Part shown: positions 32,695 through 41,154 of the stretch, in pieces | Position numbering within the stretch: the first letter of the stretch is position 1 | How the letters are laid out: every line of letters starts with the position of its first letter | Assembly (NCBI GenBank): GCA_019120295.1 | Contig: DWVI01000005.1 | Coordinates: forward strand, 955 to 64,954 | DNA: 64,000 nucleotides | Reading direction: 5' to 3' | From: Candidatus Onthoplasma faecipullorum | GTDB lineage: Bacteria > Bacillota > Clostridia > Christensenellales > UBA1242 | The notes under the pieces: generated by a model | The model's input: the letters and a program-made list of their open reading frames with translations, nothing else | Told to the model about the DNA's origin: nothing | Databases searched by the model: none | Program-made: the position numbers and the translations under genes

Positions 32695-33732
32695 TTAAAA
32701 ATTGAAATTTAAATATAAATAATTAGACATATCAAACGCAAAATTTTTATCTATCATTTTCTTTGCTATTTTACATTGATTTGATATTCTTTTCCCCTGA
32801 AATAGTGGATCGATATATCGAACTTTTGCCTTGATACGAACTGTATAGACATCTTTTGGTTTTTCTTTTGAAATATTTACGCGTTTTGCATTTTGCCACA
32901 TAGAAAAAACTTCTTTATATTTTGAATTTTTGATTAAGTCAATAATTTCACTTTCTTTCATCTGATATAAATCATCGATTGTAACAAGGTTTTCATTATT
33001 CAATTTTTTCATAATGTCTGCAAGAAACTGCATGCTAAACCTTGTGTTATCATCTCTATATATTATAGATAACTTATTCGTTACACTAACAAATTTTCTA
33101 GCAATGTTTTTAGTTTTAAAACCTAATTCTTCCTCTCCGTTCTCATTTCTTTGAATTTCAATATCTTCATATATTTGCTTAACGTCTTCTAGTTTTGCGA
33201 TGTTATACAAAAATAATGAATTTGATAGCGAATATTCTAACCTATCAGCAGAAAGTTTAGGCGTTTCATTATCTGCAATAGGATAAATGTGATAGTCAGC
33301 AACTTCACCTATTTTAATATTATCTCTTTTTAACAAAGCCATTATTTCTTTTGAATTATGAATAATAGTTTTGGTTAAACTCTCTGTTGATTCTTGCTTT
33401 AAATAATCACCATTCATAAAATCTACGCAATGTTTAAAAACCGGAGTTGATATATCGTGAAAAAGCCCTGCAAGTGTTTGCTTTTTATCTTTAGTAAAAT
33501 GCCACACTATTAAAGCCACCGCAATAGAATGGTCTAATGTGTTATAATTTGTTTTTATATTAAACATTTTTGAATAAATTTTACCACATGACACACTAAC
33601 ATATTGCAGATACAACATTTCTTTCGTGTTGATATATTCATTAAGCCAAATTGGAAAATTGTTTTCTAGTATTTCAAAATACTCTCTTTTGCTTATATCT
33701 ACACCCTTTATATAATCCATAAACAACTCCAT
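32695..33732 (-). CDS. HD-domain metal-dependent phosphohydrolase
   Basis: H...HD signature (DHSIAVALIVWH ... GLFHDISTP) and DRLEYS downstream. Confidence 0.65.
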   Translation of the reverse strand: MELFMDYIKGVDISKREYFEILENNFPIWLNEYINTKEMLYLQYVSVSCGKIYSKMFNIKTNYNTLDHSIAVALIVWHFTKDKKQTLAGLFHDISTPVFKHCVDFMNGDYLKQESTESLTKTIIHNSKEIMALLKRDNIKIGEVADYHIYPIADNETPKLSADRLEYSLSNSLFLYNIAKLEDVKQIYEDIEIQRNENGEEELGFKTKNIARKFVSVTNKLSIIYRDDNTRFSMQFLADIMKKLNNENLVTIDDLYQMKESEIIDLIKNSKYKEVFSMWQNAKRVNISKEKPKDVYTVRIKAKVRYIDPLFQGKRISNQCKIAKKMIDKNFAFDMSNYLYLNFNF

Positions 33733-34078
33733 TATTATTAATTTGCTTTTATTTTACCAGCATTTGTTATTTGAAGTCAATGTATTTTTACATTTCTTTA
33801 AAAAAAGAACCAATCTAAAATATAATTTGTGCCTAAATAAAAAAATACGCAAGCAAAACGATAAAAAACAGTACAAAACTATTAAGGCTCCCACGAGTGC
33901 CAAAGGTACGAAGTGGGATAAAAAAACGACCGCCCATAAATCTTACTAATGCATTTTATTCTTAAAACGCGGTTAGAAAAGGGCGTGTCATCATCGGGGT
34001 CCCCATAAGAGTTGAACAACTCGCAATGGGGATAAGGCGCAATCGCCTATAAATGAAGTTTTACGCATGTAAAACGAT

Positions 34079-34098
34079 AAAAAAAGGCGCATTGCGCC
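34079..34098 (-). terminator. Rho-independent terminator of ssrA
   Basis: On the minus strand, GGCGCAATGCGCC followed by TTTTTTT, immediately after the tmRNA CCA end. Confidence 0.75.
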
Positions 34099-34099
34099 G

Positions 34100-34451
34100 T
34101 GGTGGAGATGATGAGACTCGCACTCATGTCCTAATCAAAACAAATTCCATACACTACACGTTTAGTCAATGACTGCATTCGCCTTAATCAACTAACATTG
34201 ACACTTGATTAAAACTACCCTATTTAAACCTTTACATGCGCTAGGGAACGCATATAAATGTTCGCTGATAAACGACGTCAAGTTTAGCGTATCAGCACCG
34301 CTAAGTTGACGGCTCACGGCACTAAGCAGCGTAAGCTAATTTATTGTTGTTTGCGTTTATTTGTTTCGTGCAAAACGAAAATGTATTTAACGTGCCACCA
34401 CACGACGTGCGTATAAAATTTCCTTTGACCAGTCGAAACTAATTCATCCCC
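34100..34451 (-). ncRNA. ssrA: tmRNA (SsrA), 352 nt
   Basis: The minus strand begins GGGGATGAATTAGTTTCGAC and ends GAGTCTCATCATCTCCACCA. The acceptor stem has a G3:U70 wobble (alanine identity). An internal tag ORF GCA AAC AAC AAT AAA TTA GCT TAC GCT GCT TAG (34354-34322) encodes ANNNKLAYAA. smpB and rnr lie upstream. Confidence 0.95.
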
Positions 34452-34459
34452 ATGTATTT

Positions 34460-34488
34460 ATTATATCATAAAATATAAAACTTTTCAA
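34460..34488 (-). promoter_or_regulatory. Sigma-A-type promoter of ssrA
   Basis: Minus strand TTGAAA (34488-34483), a 17-nt spacer, then TATAAT (34465-34460), 8 nt upstream of the GGGG 5' end. Confidence 0.7.
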
Positions 34489-34492
34489 TACC

Positions 34493-34517
34493 TTTTTGTT
34501 TTTTACCAAAAAAGAAC
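34493..34517. repeat. Left copy of the 25-bp direct repeat (putative att site)
   Basis: TTTTTGTTTTTTACCAAAAAAGAAC, identical to 47216-47240. It contains an internal dyad (GTTTTTT-ACC-AAAAAAGAAC). Confidence 0.85.
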
Positions 34518-34642
34518 TGTTATTTTATAATCTGAGTGTCAGTTAATGAATAAAACTGCACTCGCTTATCTTTGGTTATACTATATTGTTCGTGTAGTTT
34601 TGTCTTAACTGCGCGAATTTTTTAATAAAAGGGGGTGTGATT

Positions 34643-34870
34643 TTGGCGTTTAAAACAAGTAATGGCATTGTCTTACGTAATCCTGCCGAAAAAGCAAAAC
34701 GTTTTGCTAGGCAAATGAAAAGCGGTTGTGTACGTGAAACTGGCGAACAATTAAATTATGCTGGACTAAGTTATCGTGCTGGTTACCTTCAAGCAAGACA
34801 AGACAGTGCAAATGCGTATAATTCAAATTTACGCAAAAAAAAGACTCGCAAGCGCAAGTCTAGAAAATAA
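34643..34870 (+). CDS. Small, highly basic protein (possible DNA-binding protein)
   Basis: A TTG start 7 nt after an AAAGGGGG RBS (the track starts at GTG 34637). The C-terminus is NLRKKKTRKRKSRK. No family recognised. Confidence 0.55.
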   Translation: MAFKTSNGIVLRNPAEKAKRFARQMKSGCVRETGEQLNYAGLSYRAGYLQARQDSANAYNSNLRKKKTRKRKSRK

Positions 34871-34883
34871 AAGGAGTTGATTA

Positions 34884-35288
34884 TTGAAAAAACGTAGATT
34901 TATTCCTTGGGGGAGGACTTTAACTACTAATGATAAATATCTTAGTAGAAAGAAAACCAATTCAAATAAAGTAAGACCGGTAGTAGTTGTTGATAATTAT
35001 AAAGATAATTTAGGAGTTGTACCCCTTTCTTCGAGAAAAGGAAATAATAGAACTGATTTGCCTAAACGAAAAAATAAAAAAACCGGACAGAGAACTTATT
35101 ATAAGCATTATTTTGAAATTGAAGATAATGAAGGTCAACCTATAAGAGTAAATGAGAAATTTAAAGAAAATCATAAAAATATGGACTTATCTAGGGAAGA
35201 AGTTTTAGATATTCGTCAAAATATATTTACGAAAGCAAAAACAAAACAGAGAAATAAAAAATTATATGATAGGTTACATAGAAAGTGA
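34884..35288 (+). CDS. Basic protein with a PemK/MazF-like core segment
   Basis: A TTG start 7 nt after AAGGAG. KVRPVVVVDNYKDNLGVVPLSS resembles the K-x-RP-hhhh....hhh-P-h-[ST]-[ST] strand pair of the PemK/MazF fold. It has long Lys/Arg-rich insertions. Confidence 0.4.
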   Translation: MKKRRFIPWGRTLTTNDKYLSRKKTNSNKVRPVVVVDNYKDNLGVVPLSSRKGNNRTDLPKRKNKKTGQRTYYKHYFEIEDNEGQPIRVNEKFKENHKNMDLSREEVLDIRQNIFTKAKTKQRNKKLYDRLHRK

Positions 35289-35491
35289 TATAAAAAATGA
35301 CCGTGCTATGTGACGGTCGTGCTTATAAACAAGAGTTATAAGCCTTACACATAAAGTGTAGTTCATTAAAGAACAACATTATTATAGTGTAAAAAAATTA
35401 ATATGTCAACCCTTTTAAAGAAAATTATTCTAAAAATTTGAATGGTTTGGTTTAGTGGTTGCTCGACTGCGTTTGAAAATTTTTAGGATGA

Positions 35492-35507
35492 GTTGCGACG
35501 TCGCAAC
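35492..35507. repeat. Perfect 16-bp palindrome GTTGCGACGTCGCAAC in the 397-bp non-coding region of the element
   Basis: Read directly. GC-rich in an AT-rich context, with additional hairpins at 35299-35318, 35321-35343 and 35346-35360. Confidence 0.8.
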
Positions 35508-35685
35508 AAAATTACTTTGCTTGTTATTTTGCTATATTCAACTATCTTAATAAAACTATAAGACCTATCAAAGTGCATAGGCGCACAATCAATAGTTTAA
35601 GTTGATTAAAGGTTATTCTTCCTTAAAAAGAATCAGATTATTAAAATATTAAAATTAAATTTTTATTAAATAAGGAGATTAAATT

Positions 35686-36030
35686 ATGGCATTTGTTAAA
35701 CCTATTAGAGAAATTGGATTAGTTATTAGTAAAAAAATCAATGAAGCAAGAGAAGCAGGAACGAGTTTAGACGGAACTAGGAAATGGGACGCACGTCCAC
35801 AAGAATTTATTGTTGAAGTTGTTAGTTGTGATGAAGATGATTTTGATTTAGATAAAGGTATTTTAAATGGTACTCGCGCCGAATATAAAGTCGATGAAGC
35901 AACCTATAAAAAGGTTAAATTCGGCGATTGGGCAAGTGTTAAGTACACAGCAAGTCAGTTTGGAGATAAATTGACAATTAAGCCTGAGTCTTTTGTCCTT
36001 CGAGAAAATAAAGCAAAGGAGAGTAAATAG
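35686..36030 (+). CDS. Hypothetical 114-aa protein; its position fits an ssDNA-binding (gene V-like) protein
   Basis: Strong RBS (AAGGAGA), acidic/beta-rich, immediately upstream of the small hydrophobic ORFs. The functional call is positional only. Confidence 0.3.
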   Translation: MAFVKPIREIGLVISKKINEAREAGTSLDGTRKWDARPQEFIVEVVSCDEDDFDLDKGILNGTRAEYKVDEATYKKVKFGDWASVKYTASQFGDKLTIKPESFVLRENKAKESK

Positions 36031-36032
36031 TT

Positions 36033-36212
36033 TTGAAAATATTTTTAGGCATTGTTATAGGAATTTTAATTGCTGTTGCTATTACTCTATTGACAGTTGC
36101 CATTGGTTGCGCTGTTAATGGTATTGGTTTTAGCGAACAAATTGTTGACTGGTTTGGAAATTCCACTGAAACGGTAGAACAAGCACGAATTTTAATGTCA
36201 ATGAGAATTTAG
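36033..36212 (+). CDS. Small hydrophobic protein, 59 aa (candidate inovirus coat protein); not in the ORF track
   Basis: A TTG start 9 nt after GGAGAG. The translation is MKIFLGIVIGILIAVAITLLTVAIGCAVNGIGFSEQIVDWFGNSTETVEQARILMSMRI, with one TM helix. Confidence 0.6.
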   Translation: MKIFLGIVIGILIAVAITLLTVAIGCAVNGIGFSEQIVDWFGNSTETVEQARILMSMRI

Positions 36213-36228
36213 CACAAGGTGATGTTCT

Positions 36229-36390
36229 ATGAAAAAATTACTAATTATATTAGCAATCATTGTGTTAGTAGTGTTATTTGGAACGTGGCCGTTGTCCGTT
36301 TTATCAAAAATAGTTGAATGGTTGGCAACTGGTATTCGCTGGTTGGCAAAAGCACTAGATTGGTTTGATTGGAACGGACTATTAATTTAA
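36229..36390 (+). CDS. Small hydrophobic protein, 53 aa (candidate inovirus coat protein); not in the ORF track
   Basis: ATG start with an upstream AAGGTGA. The translation is MKKLLIILAIIVLVVLFGTWPLSVLSKIVEWLATGIRWLAKALDWFDWNGLLI, an N-terminal TM/signal followed by an amphipathic Trp-rich helix. Confidence 0.6.
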   Translation: MKKLLIILAIIVLVVLFGTWPLSVLSKIVEWLATGIRWLAKALDWFDWNGLLI

Positions 36391-36454
36391 GACAAAGAGC
36401 ACTATTGATTTGGGGTTTACTTCAATTAGATAGTGCTTTTTTAAAAGGAGAATT

Positions 36455-37720
36455 ATGGGCAAATTTTTATCAGTTATATGGCGAATAATTGGTATTTTAT
36501 CAGTGTTAGTTATTACTTGTTTTATATGGTTATATTTCTTTGTGCCGAAACCTGAAACTATATCAACGAGTTATGTAAATTCGTTAACTGCATTTGACGG
36601 CGAAGATACGGCGCTAGAAGATTCTACTATTGTTTTAGATATACAACTTATGAAAAATGCAGATAATAGTGGCGAAAAATTATTTGAAGTTGCGTTTACA
36701 ACATATCAAGGCGAAAATACTGACGAGATATTTACAAAAGGTGTTCAAGTTGTAGGTGATTTTAATACTAGTGTATATCGAAGTCATAGAACAACAAAAT
36801 GGAAATTTTGGATTTTAGAAACTTATAATATTTGGTACGACATATCAATAGATAATTTATATTCTTATGATATTTCTTATGATAAAGGTGCCGGTATTGC
36901 TTATGCATCGCCTACTTCATTAAACAATTCAAGTTCTTTTATTGTTTCGGTTGGTAATGGCGAAAATATGAGATTAGCAAAACTTGAATTTAAAAATGAA
37001 GTTGTTGACGACAAATATTATGTAGGTAAAGGTTATGAATCTTCTTCAATTATTCCATACGATTCAATTTATTCTTTGTGCGGTTTAAATTATATGCTTT
37101 CAGCAATATATAATTCTGTTAATTCTTTGAATGCTGGAACGTCTTATATAACATTTGATTTATCAGAGTTTTTCAACGTTTATATTCAAGACGATGACGG
37201 ACAGTACAATATTTTAACGCAAGATACTCAATTTACATACGTTACTGCGCGAGTGAATGTTGAAGATAATGGAATTACAACTCGAACTCAATCAATGTTT
37301 GGTATGGTTGCTGAAAATGACGGCTCTATTTCATTTGAGATTGATGACAGCGAAAAATTATTTTGGAAAGCATATGAAAATGTATATATAACTGATTGTT
37401 TTGATACACGAGAATCTAGTTATTATAATGGCACACTGTTATCTATAAACAATGAAACCATAACTAAGTACAAAGATTATGAGAACTTACGTATACATTT
37501 AACGATTGATTTATCTAAGTATGAGAATGTTATAGGAATAGACGCATTTGGTTTGGATGGACTGAATTATTATGACATAACAATTATTGGTGGCTCACAA
37601 GACTTTTACTTTATGTCAAATAGTTTGACAAATACAAAAGTCAATAATATCTATCACTCAGACAACATTAATGTTGTTATCTATGATGACGTGGATGTCA
37701 ATGTAAAGGCGGTGGCATAA
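36455..37720 (+). CDS. N-terminally anchored 421-aa protein (candidate minor virion or adsorption component)
   Basis: TM anchor VIWRIIGILSVLVITCFIWLYFFV; the remainder is predicted extracytoplasmic. No family recognised. Confidence 0.5.
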   Translation: MGKFLSVIWRIIGILSVLVITCFIWLYFFVPKPETISTSYVNSLTAFDGEDTALEDSTIVLDIQLMKNADNSGEKLFEVAFTTYQGENTDEIFTKGVQVVGDFNTSVYRSHRTTKWKFWILETYNIWYDISIDNLYSYDISYDKGAGIAYASPTSLNNSSSFIVSVGNGENMRLAKLEFKNEVVDDKYYVGKGYESSSIIPYDSIYSLCGLNYMLSAIYNSVNSLNAGTSYITFDLSEFFNVYIQDDDGQYNILTQDTQFTYVTARVNVEDNGITTRTQSMFGMVAENDGSISFEIDDSEKLFWKAYENVYITDCFDTRESSYYNGTLLSINNETITKYKDYENLRIHLTIDLSKYENVIGIDAFGLDGLNYYDITIIGGSQDFYFMSNSLTNTKVNNIYHSDNINVVIYDDVDVNVKAVA

Positions 37721-38244
37721 TGGAAAATATGAAAACAAGTGAATTTATTGTTTGGTTATTGTGTCTTGTTGGCGCTGTATTGAGTGGTTTTTGGATATTT
37801 CGAACTTATACTGCTGATAGTGAAATTATAGGAAATATTCAACAAACATCTAGTAATTTGGTTTTTATCATTCAATCAGAAACAGTTGTAATGCAACAAG
37901 ACCAAGAATATACCAATAAATATTATACAAGTAAAAAGTTTTCGTCAGTGTATCAAGTTGATTCAACTTTTGACGCAGAGAAATATGATTATGAATTTAT
38001 TTTGAATGACCGTTGTTTTGCTAGTACAAAATTTGAAAATGGTCTTTTGGAATGTAATTTAGAAACAACTTTTGTTAACACTAATGGTCAAGATTTATTT
38101 ACTGATACATTGTATATTACTATCAATTTTTATAGTGGTAGCACAGTGTTAGATATGTATACACTAGGTGGTGCTACTGCAAACGCATATTGGCTAAGTT
38201 ATTTTAATTCTTATGGTTTCGATATGCGAGTTTATAAATTATAA
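37720..38244 (+). CDS. N-terminally anchored 174-aa protein, unknown function
   Basis: TM FIVWLLCLVGAVLSGFWIF; the start overlaps the stop of the preceding gene (ATAATG). Confidence 0.5.
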   Translation: MENMKTSEFIVWLLCLVGAVLSGFWIFRTYTADSEIIGNIQQTSSNLVFIIQSETVVMQQDQEYTNKYYTSKKFSSVYQVDSTFDAEKYDYEFILNDRCFASTKFENGLLECNLETTFVNTNGQDLFTDTLYITINFYSGSTVLDMYTLGGATANAYWLSYFNSYGFDMRVYKL

Positions 38245-38256
38245 GGAGATTATTTT

Positions 38257-41154
38257 ATGACAAAAAAAATAATTGCAATAGTTGTCAGCATACTTGCAAT
38301 AACTGCCATAGGTTGTTTTGTCGGTTTAAATTGGAAATCGATTAAAGCAATGTTGAGTGGTGCACAAATATACACTGCTGAACAAATGGAAGAAAGTTAT
38401 AATCAAGGTTATGCTGACGCAAATACAAATGAAGATACATATTTACAACAAATAGATTATTATAAAAATTTAGTTGAAGATAATGAATTAGAAATTGAAA
38501 ATTTAAATAATGAAATTACTAATTTAACAAATACAAATGATTCTTATCAATCTCAAATTACAAATTTAAATGGAATTATTGAAGAAAACGAAAATACTAT
38601 TGAAAGTTTACAATCAACAATTAGTGATAATAATACAACAATATCTGGTTTAAATACTCAAATTAGTGGTTTAAATAACGAAATTGATAGTTTAGAAAGT
38701 GATATCGAAGATTTACAAAATGAATTGAGTCAAGCAGGAAAAGATTATCAAATATTACAAGCAGAGTTAACAACAAAAACAAATCAAGTTATTTCATTAC
38801 AAAATCAAGTAAATAATTTGCAAAAATTAGTTAATCAATTAAACGCAACAAATGAGTTAAATTTAACTACTATTTCAACATTAAATTCACAAATCGAAAC
38901 TTTAAATAGTCAAATTAGTGATTTAACATATCAAATAAATAATAATGATTCTACTGTTGCAAGTTTAAATAACCAAATAGCACAATTACAAGAATCTATA
39001 TCATATTATGAGAACTATATTTCAAATTTAGAAAGTGAAACACAAGTTGTTGTTACATTCGAATTTGACGGAAGTGTATACAATATTCAAATAGTTAATA
39101 AAGGCGCAACTGTATCGGTAGTTAACCCTACTTCAACTGATTATGTTCAATTTAATTATTGGACAATCAACGAAGAACAAATTGATTTATCTAGTTATAC
39201 ATTTAACACCAACACAAAAGTTGTTGCTGACGTAACTTATAGTTATGACGTTAAATTCTACGTTGATAATGCTGTTCATAATTCACAAATTATTCAATCT
39301 GGAAATAAAGCAACTACTCCAACCGTTCCAACAAAAACTGGTTATACATTCTTAGGTTGGTCGTTAAATGGTAGTGATATTGTTGATTTAAGCACTGTTA
39401 CAATTACAGAAAATACAAATTTTTATGCTTTATTTGTTCAACAATTTACAGTACAATTTGTTTATGAAGATGACGTTGTTTCAACTCAAACAATAAACAA
39501 TGGTGCCTATGCAACAAGTCCATCCGTTGAAAGCACAACATATAAAGTGTTTAATGGTTGGAAAGTTAATGGAACTAGTGTTGACGTTGAAACTTATAAG
39601 ATTGTAGGCGCAACAACATTTGTTGCTGATATTACTTATAAATATGACGTAACATTTATGGTTGACGACGAAGAATACGACACGCAAATAGTTACAAGCG
39701 GACAATACGCAACTGTTCCAACCGCTCCAACAAAAGACGGTTACATATTTAAAGGTTGGTCATTAAATGGCAGTGATATTATTGATTTAAGTGGAAATTC
39801 TATAACTTCAACAACAACTTACTATGCTGTATTTGAAGTTTTGTATGCAAGCGTAGAATATGATAATAGCACATCATATTACAATAATTTTAATGATGCT
39901 TGGAATTATGCTTGTACATTGAGCACTACTAGTTCAAAATATCCAACATTAACATTGTATAAAGATATTGACGCAGAAAGTATGTATAATGATAATGTTT
40001 ATGATTATTTATATGTTCCAAGTGGTAAGTATATCGAATTAGATTTAAATGGTCATATTGTTACGGCACAATCAGCAAGTACTTATTCTATTTTAATGAA
40101 TGGAAAATTAACTATAAATGACTCTATTGGTACTGGTAGTATTGTTGGTAAATACATAAAAGCAAATACAAATAGTCTTTTAGTAATTGACGGTGGAACA
40201 ATTAATTCGTATATAGATATGATTGGTTATTCTAGTTTATATATGAATGGCGGTAAAATTATTACAGCAAGTTCTAATGGTGCAGTATATTTACATTCTC
40301 CATCTTCTTCCATTTCGTTTTATATGACCGGCGGAGTTATCACAAATACTGCTGGTATTGGTGTGCGCTTAGTTGGTTCAACTTCGGCAAAAGTTAATTT
40401 CACTATGTCTGGCGGAACAATTAGTGATTGTGCGGGTCGTGGTATTAATGCTGGTGGTTATACAACAGTTAAAATATCAAATGGAATAATTGAAAATAAT
40501 AGTGGCGGTGGTATTTTAGTATCTGGTTCATCAACTTCTAAGTTAACAACATTAACAATAACTGGTGTTACAATACAAAATAATACAGCAAGTTATGGCG
40601 GTGGTATTTATTTAGGAAGTTGCACTGAGTCTAGTATATCTAATGCCAATATTCTTAATAATACGGCAACAACTTCTGGCGGTGGTATTTATTTAAATTC
40701 TAGTTCTTCTTCAAGATTTTACACAACTATAGAATCTTCTATTATTCAAAATAATTCTGCTGCAACTGGTGGTGGAATTTACAACGGCGCTTATTCTTCA
40801 ATAACTTCTTTGCAAGATGTTCAAATTATAAATAATAATGCTACTAATAATGGTGGTGGTTTATATTCGGCATATAATTCTCACACATCATTAACGGGAG
40901 CAACTAAAATTATTAATAATACCAAAGGAGAAACAGATAATAATGTGTACATACCAGCAGATGATTGCACAATATCAATACAGTATGATTTTACTGGAGA
41001 ATTAGGTTTTACACATAAAGATGGTGCTGGAAAAGTTGCGAGTTTGACATCTTCAGTATCAGGTGCGGTTTGTACAACTGGTACTTATTATAGCGATATT
41101 ACTAGTTATACTATTAGTGTTGATACCACTAATAGACGCGTGGATTTGAGTTAG
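38257..41154 (+). CDS. 965-aa anchored multidomain adhesin-like protein (candidate receptor-binding, pIII-analogous protein)
   Basis: N-terminal TM, then about 200 aa of Asn/Gln/Leu heptad coiled coil (LN.QI..LN..I..L). Next come four Listeria-Bacteroides-type repeats (GYTFLGWSLNGSDIVDLS, GYIFKGWSLNGSDIIDLS, FNGWKVNG, FNYWTINEE). The C-terminal part is a beta-helix with PMP-like GGGIY/GGGLY repeats. Confidence 0.6.
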   Translation: MTKKIIAIVVSILAITAIGCFVGLNWKSIKAMLSGAQIYTAEQMEESYNQGYADANTNEDTYLQQIDYYKNLVEDNELEIENLNNEITNLTNTNDSYQSQITNLNGIIEENENTIESLQSTISDNNTTISGLNTQISGLNNEIDSLESDIEDLQNELSQAGKDYQILQAELTTKTNQVISLQNQVNNLQKLVNQLNATNELNLTTISTLNSQIETLNSQISDLTYQINNNDSTVASLNNQIAQLQESISYYENYISNLESETQVVVTFEFDGSVYNIQIVNKGATVSVVNPTSTDYVQFNYWTINEEQIDLSSYTFNTNTKVVADVTYSYDVKFYVDNAVHNSQIIQSGNKATTPTVPTKTGYTFLGWSLNGSDIVDLSTVTITENTNFYALFVQQFTVQFVYEDDVVSTQTINNGAYATSPSVESTTYKVFNGWKVNGTSVDVETYKIVGATTFVADITYKYDVTFMVDDEEYDTQIVTSGQYATVPTAPTKDGYIFKGWSLNGSDIIDLSGNSITSTTTYYAVFEVLYASVEYDNSTSYYNNFNDAWNYACTLSTTSSKYPTLTLYKDIDAESMYNDNVYDYLYVPSGKYIELDLNGHIVTAQSASTYSILMNGKLTINDSIGTGSIVGKYIKANTNSLLVIDGGTINSYIDMIGYSSLYMNGGKIITASSNGAVYLHSPSSSISFYMTGGVITNTAGIGVRLVGSTSAKVNFTMSGGTISDCAGRGINAGGYTTVKISNGIIENNSGGGILVSGSSTSKLTTLTITGVTIQNNTASYGGGIYLGSCTESSISNANILNNTATTSGGGIYLNSSSSSRFYTTIESSIIQNNSAATGGGIYNGAYSSITSLQDVQIINNNATNNGGGLYSAYNSHTSLTGATKIINNTKGETDNNVYIPADDCTISIQYDFTGELGFTHKDGAGKVASLTSSVSGAVCTTGTYYSDITSYTISVDTTNRRVDLS

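Noticed and set aside
33743-33949. A 68-aa Lys-rich plus-strand ORF downstream of the HD gene
   Set aside because: It has no RBS and a low-complexity AT-driven composition, and it runs into the structured GC-rich spacer. It is more likely non-coding.
33733-34100. Classical prophage or island integration into the 3' end of ssrA
   Set aside because: No duplicated copy of the ssrA 3' terminus (..TCATCTCCACCA) is present downstream. The only mobile DNA is upstream of the ssrA promoter.
34493-34517. The 25-bp junction repeat as a dif/XerCD site (the CTX-phage style of inovirus integration)
   Set aside because: The sequence has no resemblance to the dif-type consensus (no ...TATAATA/TATATTATGT...-like central region). 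The locus is not a terminus-type context.
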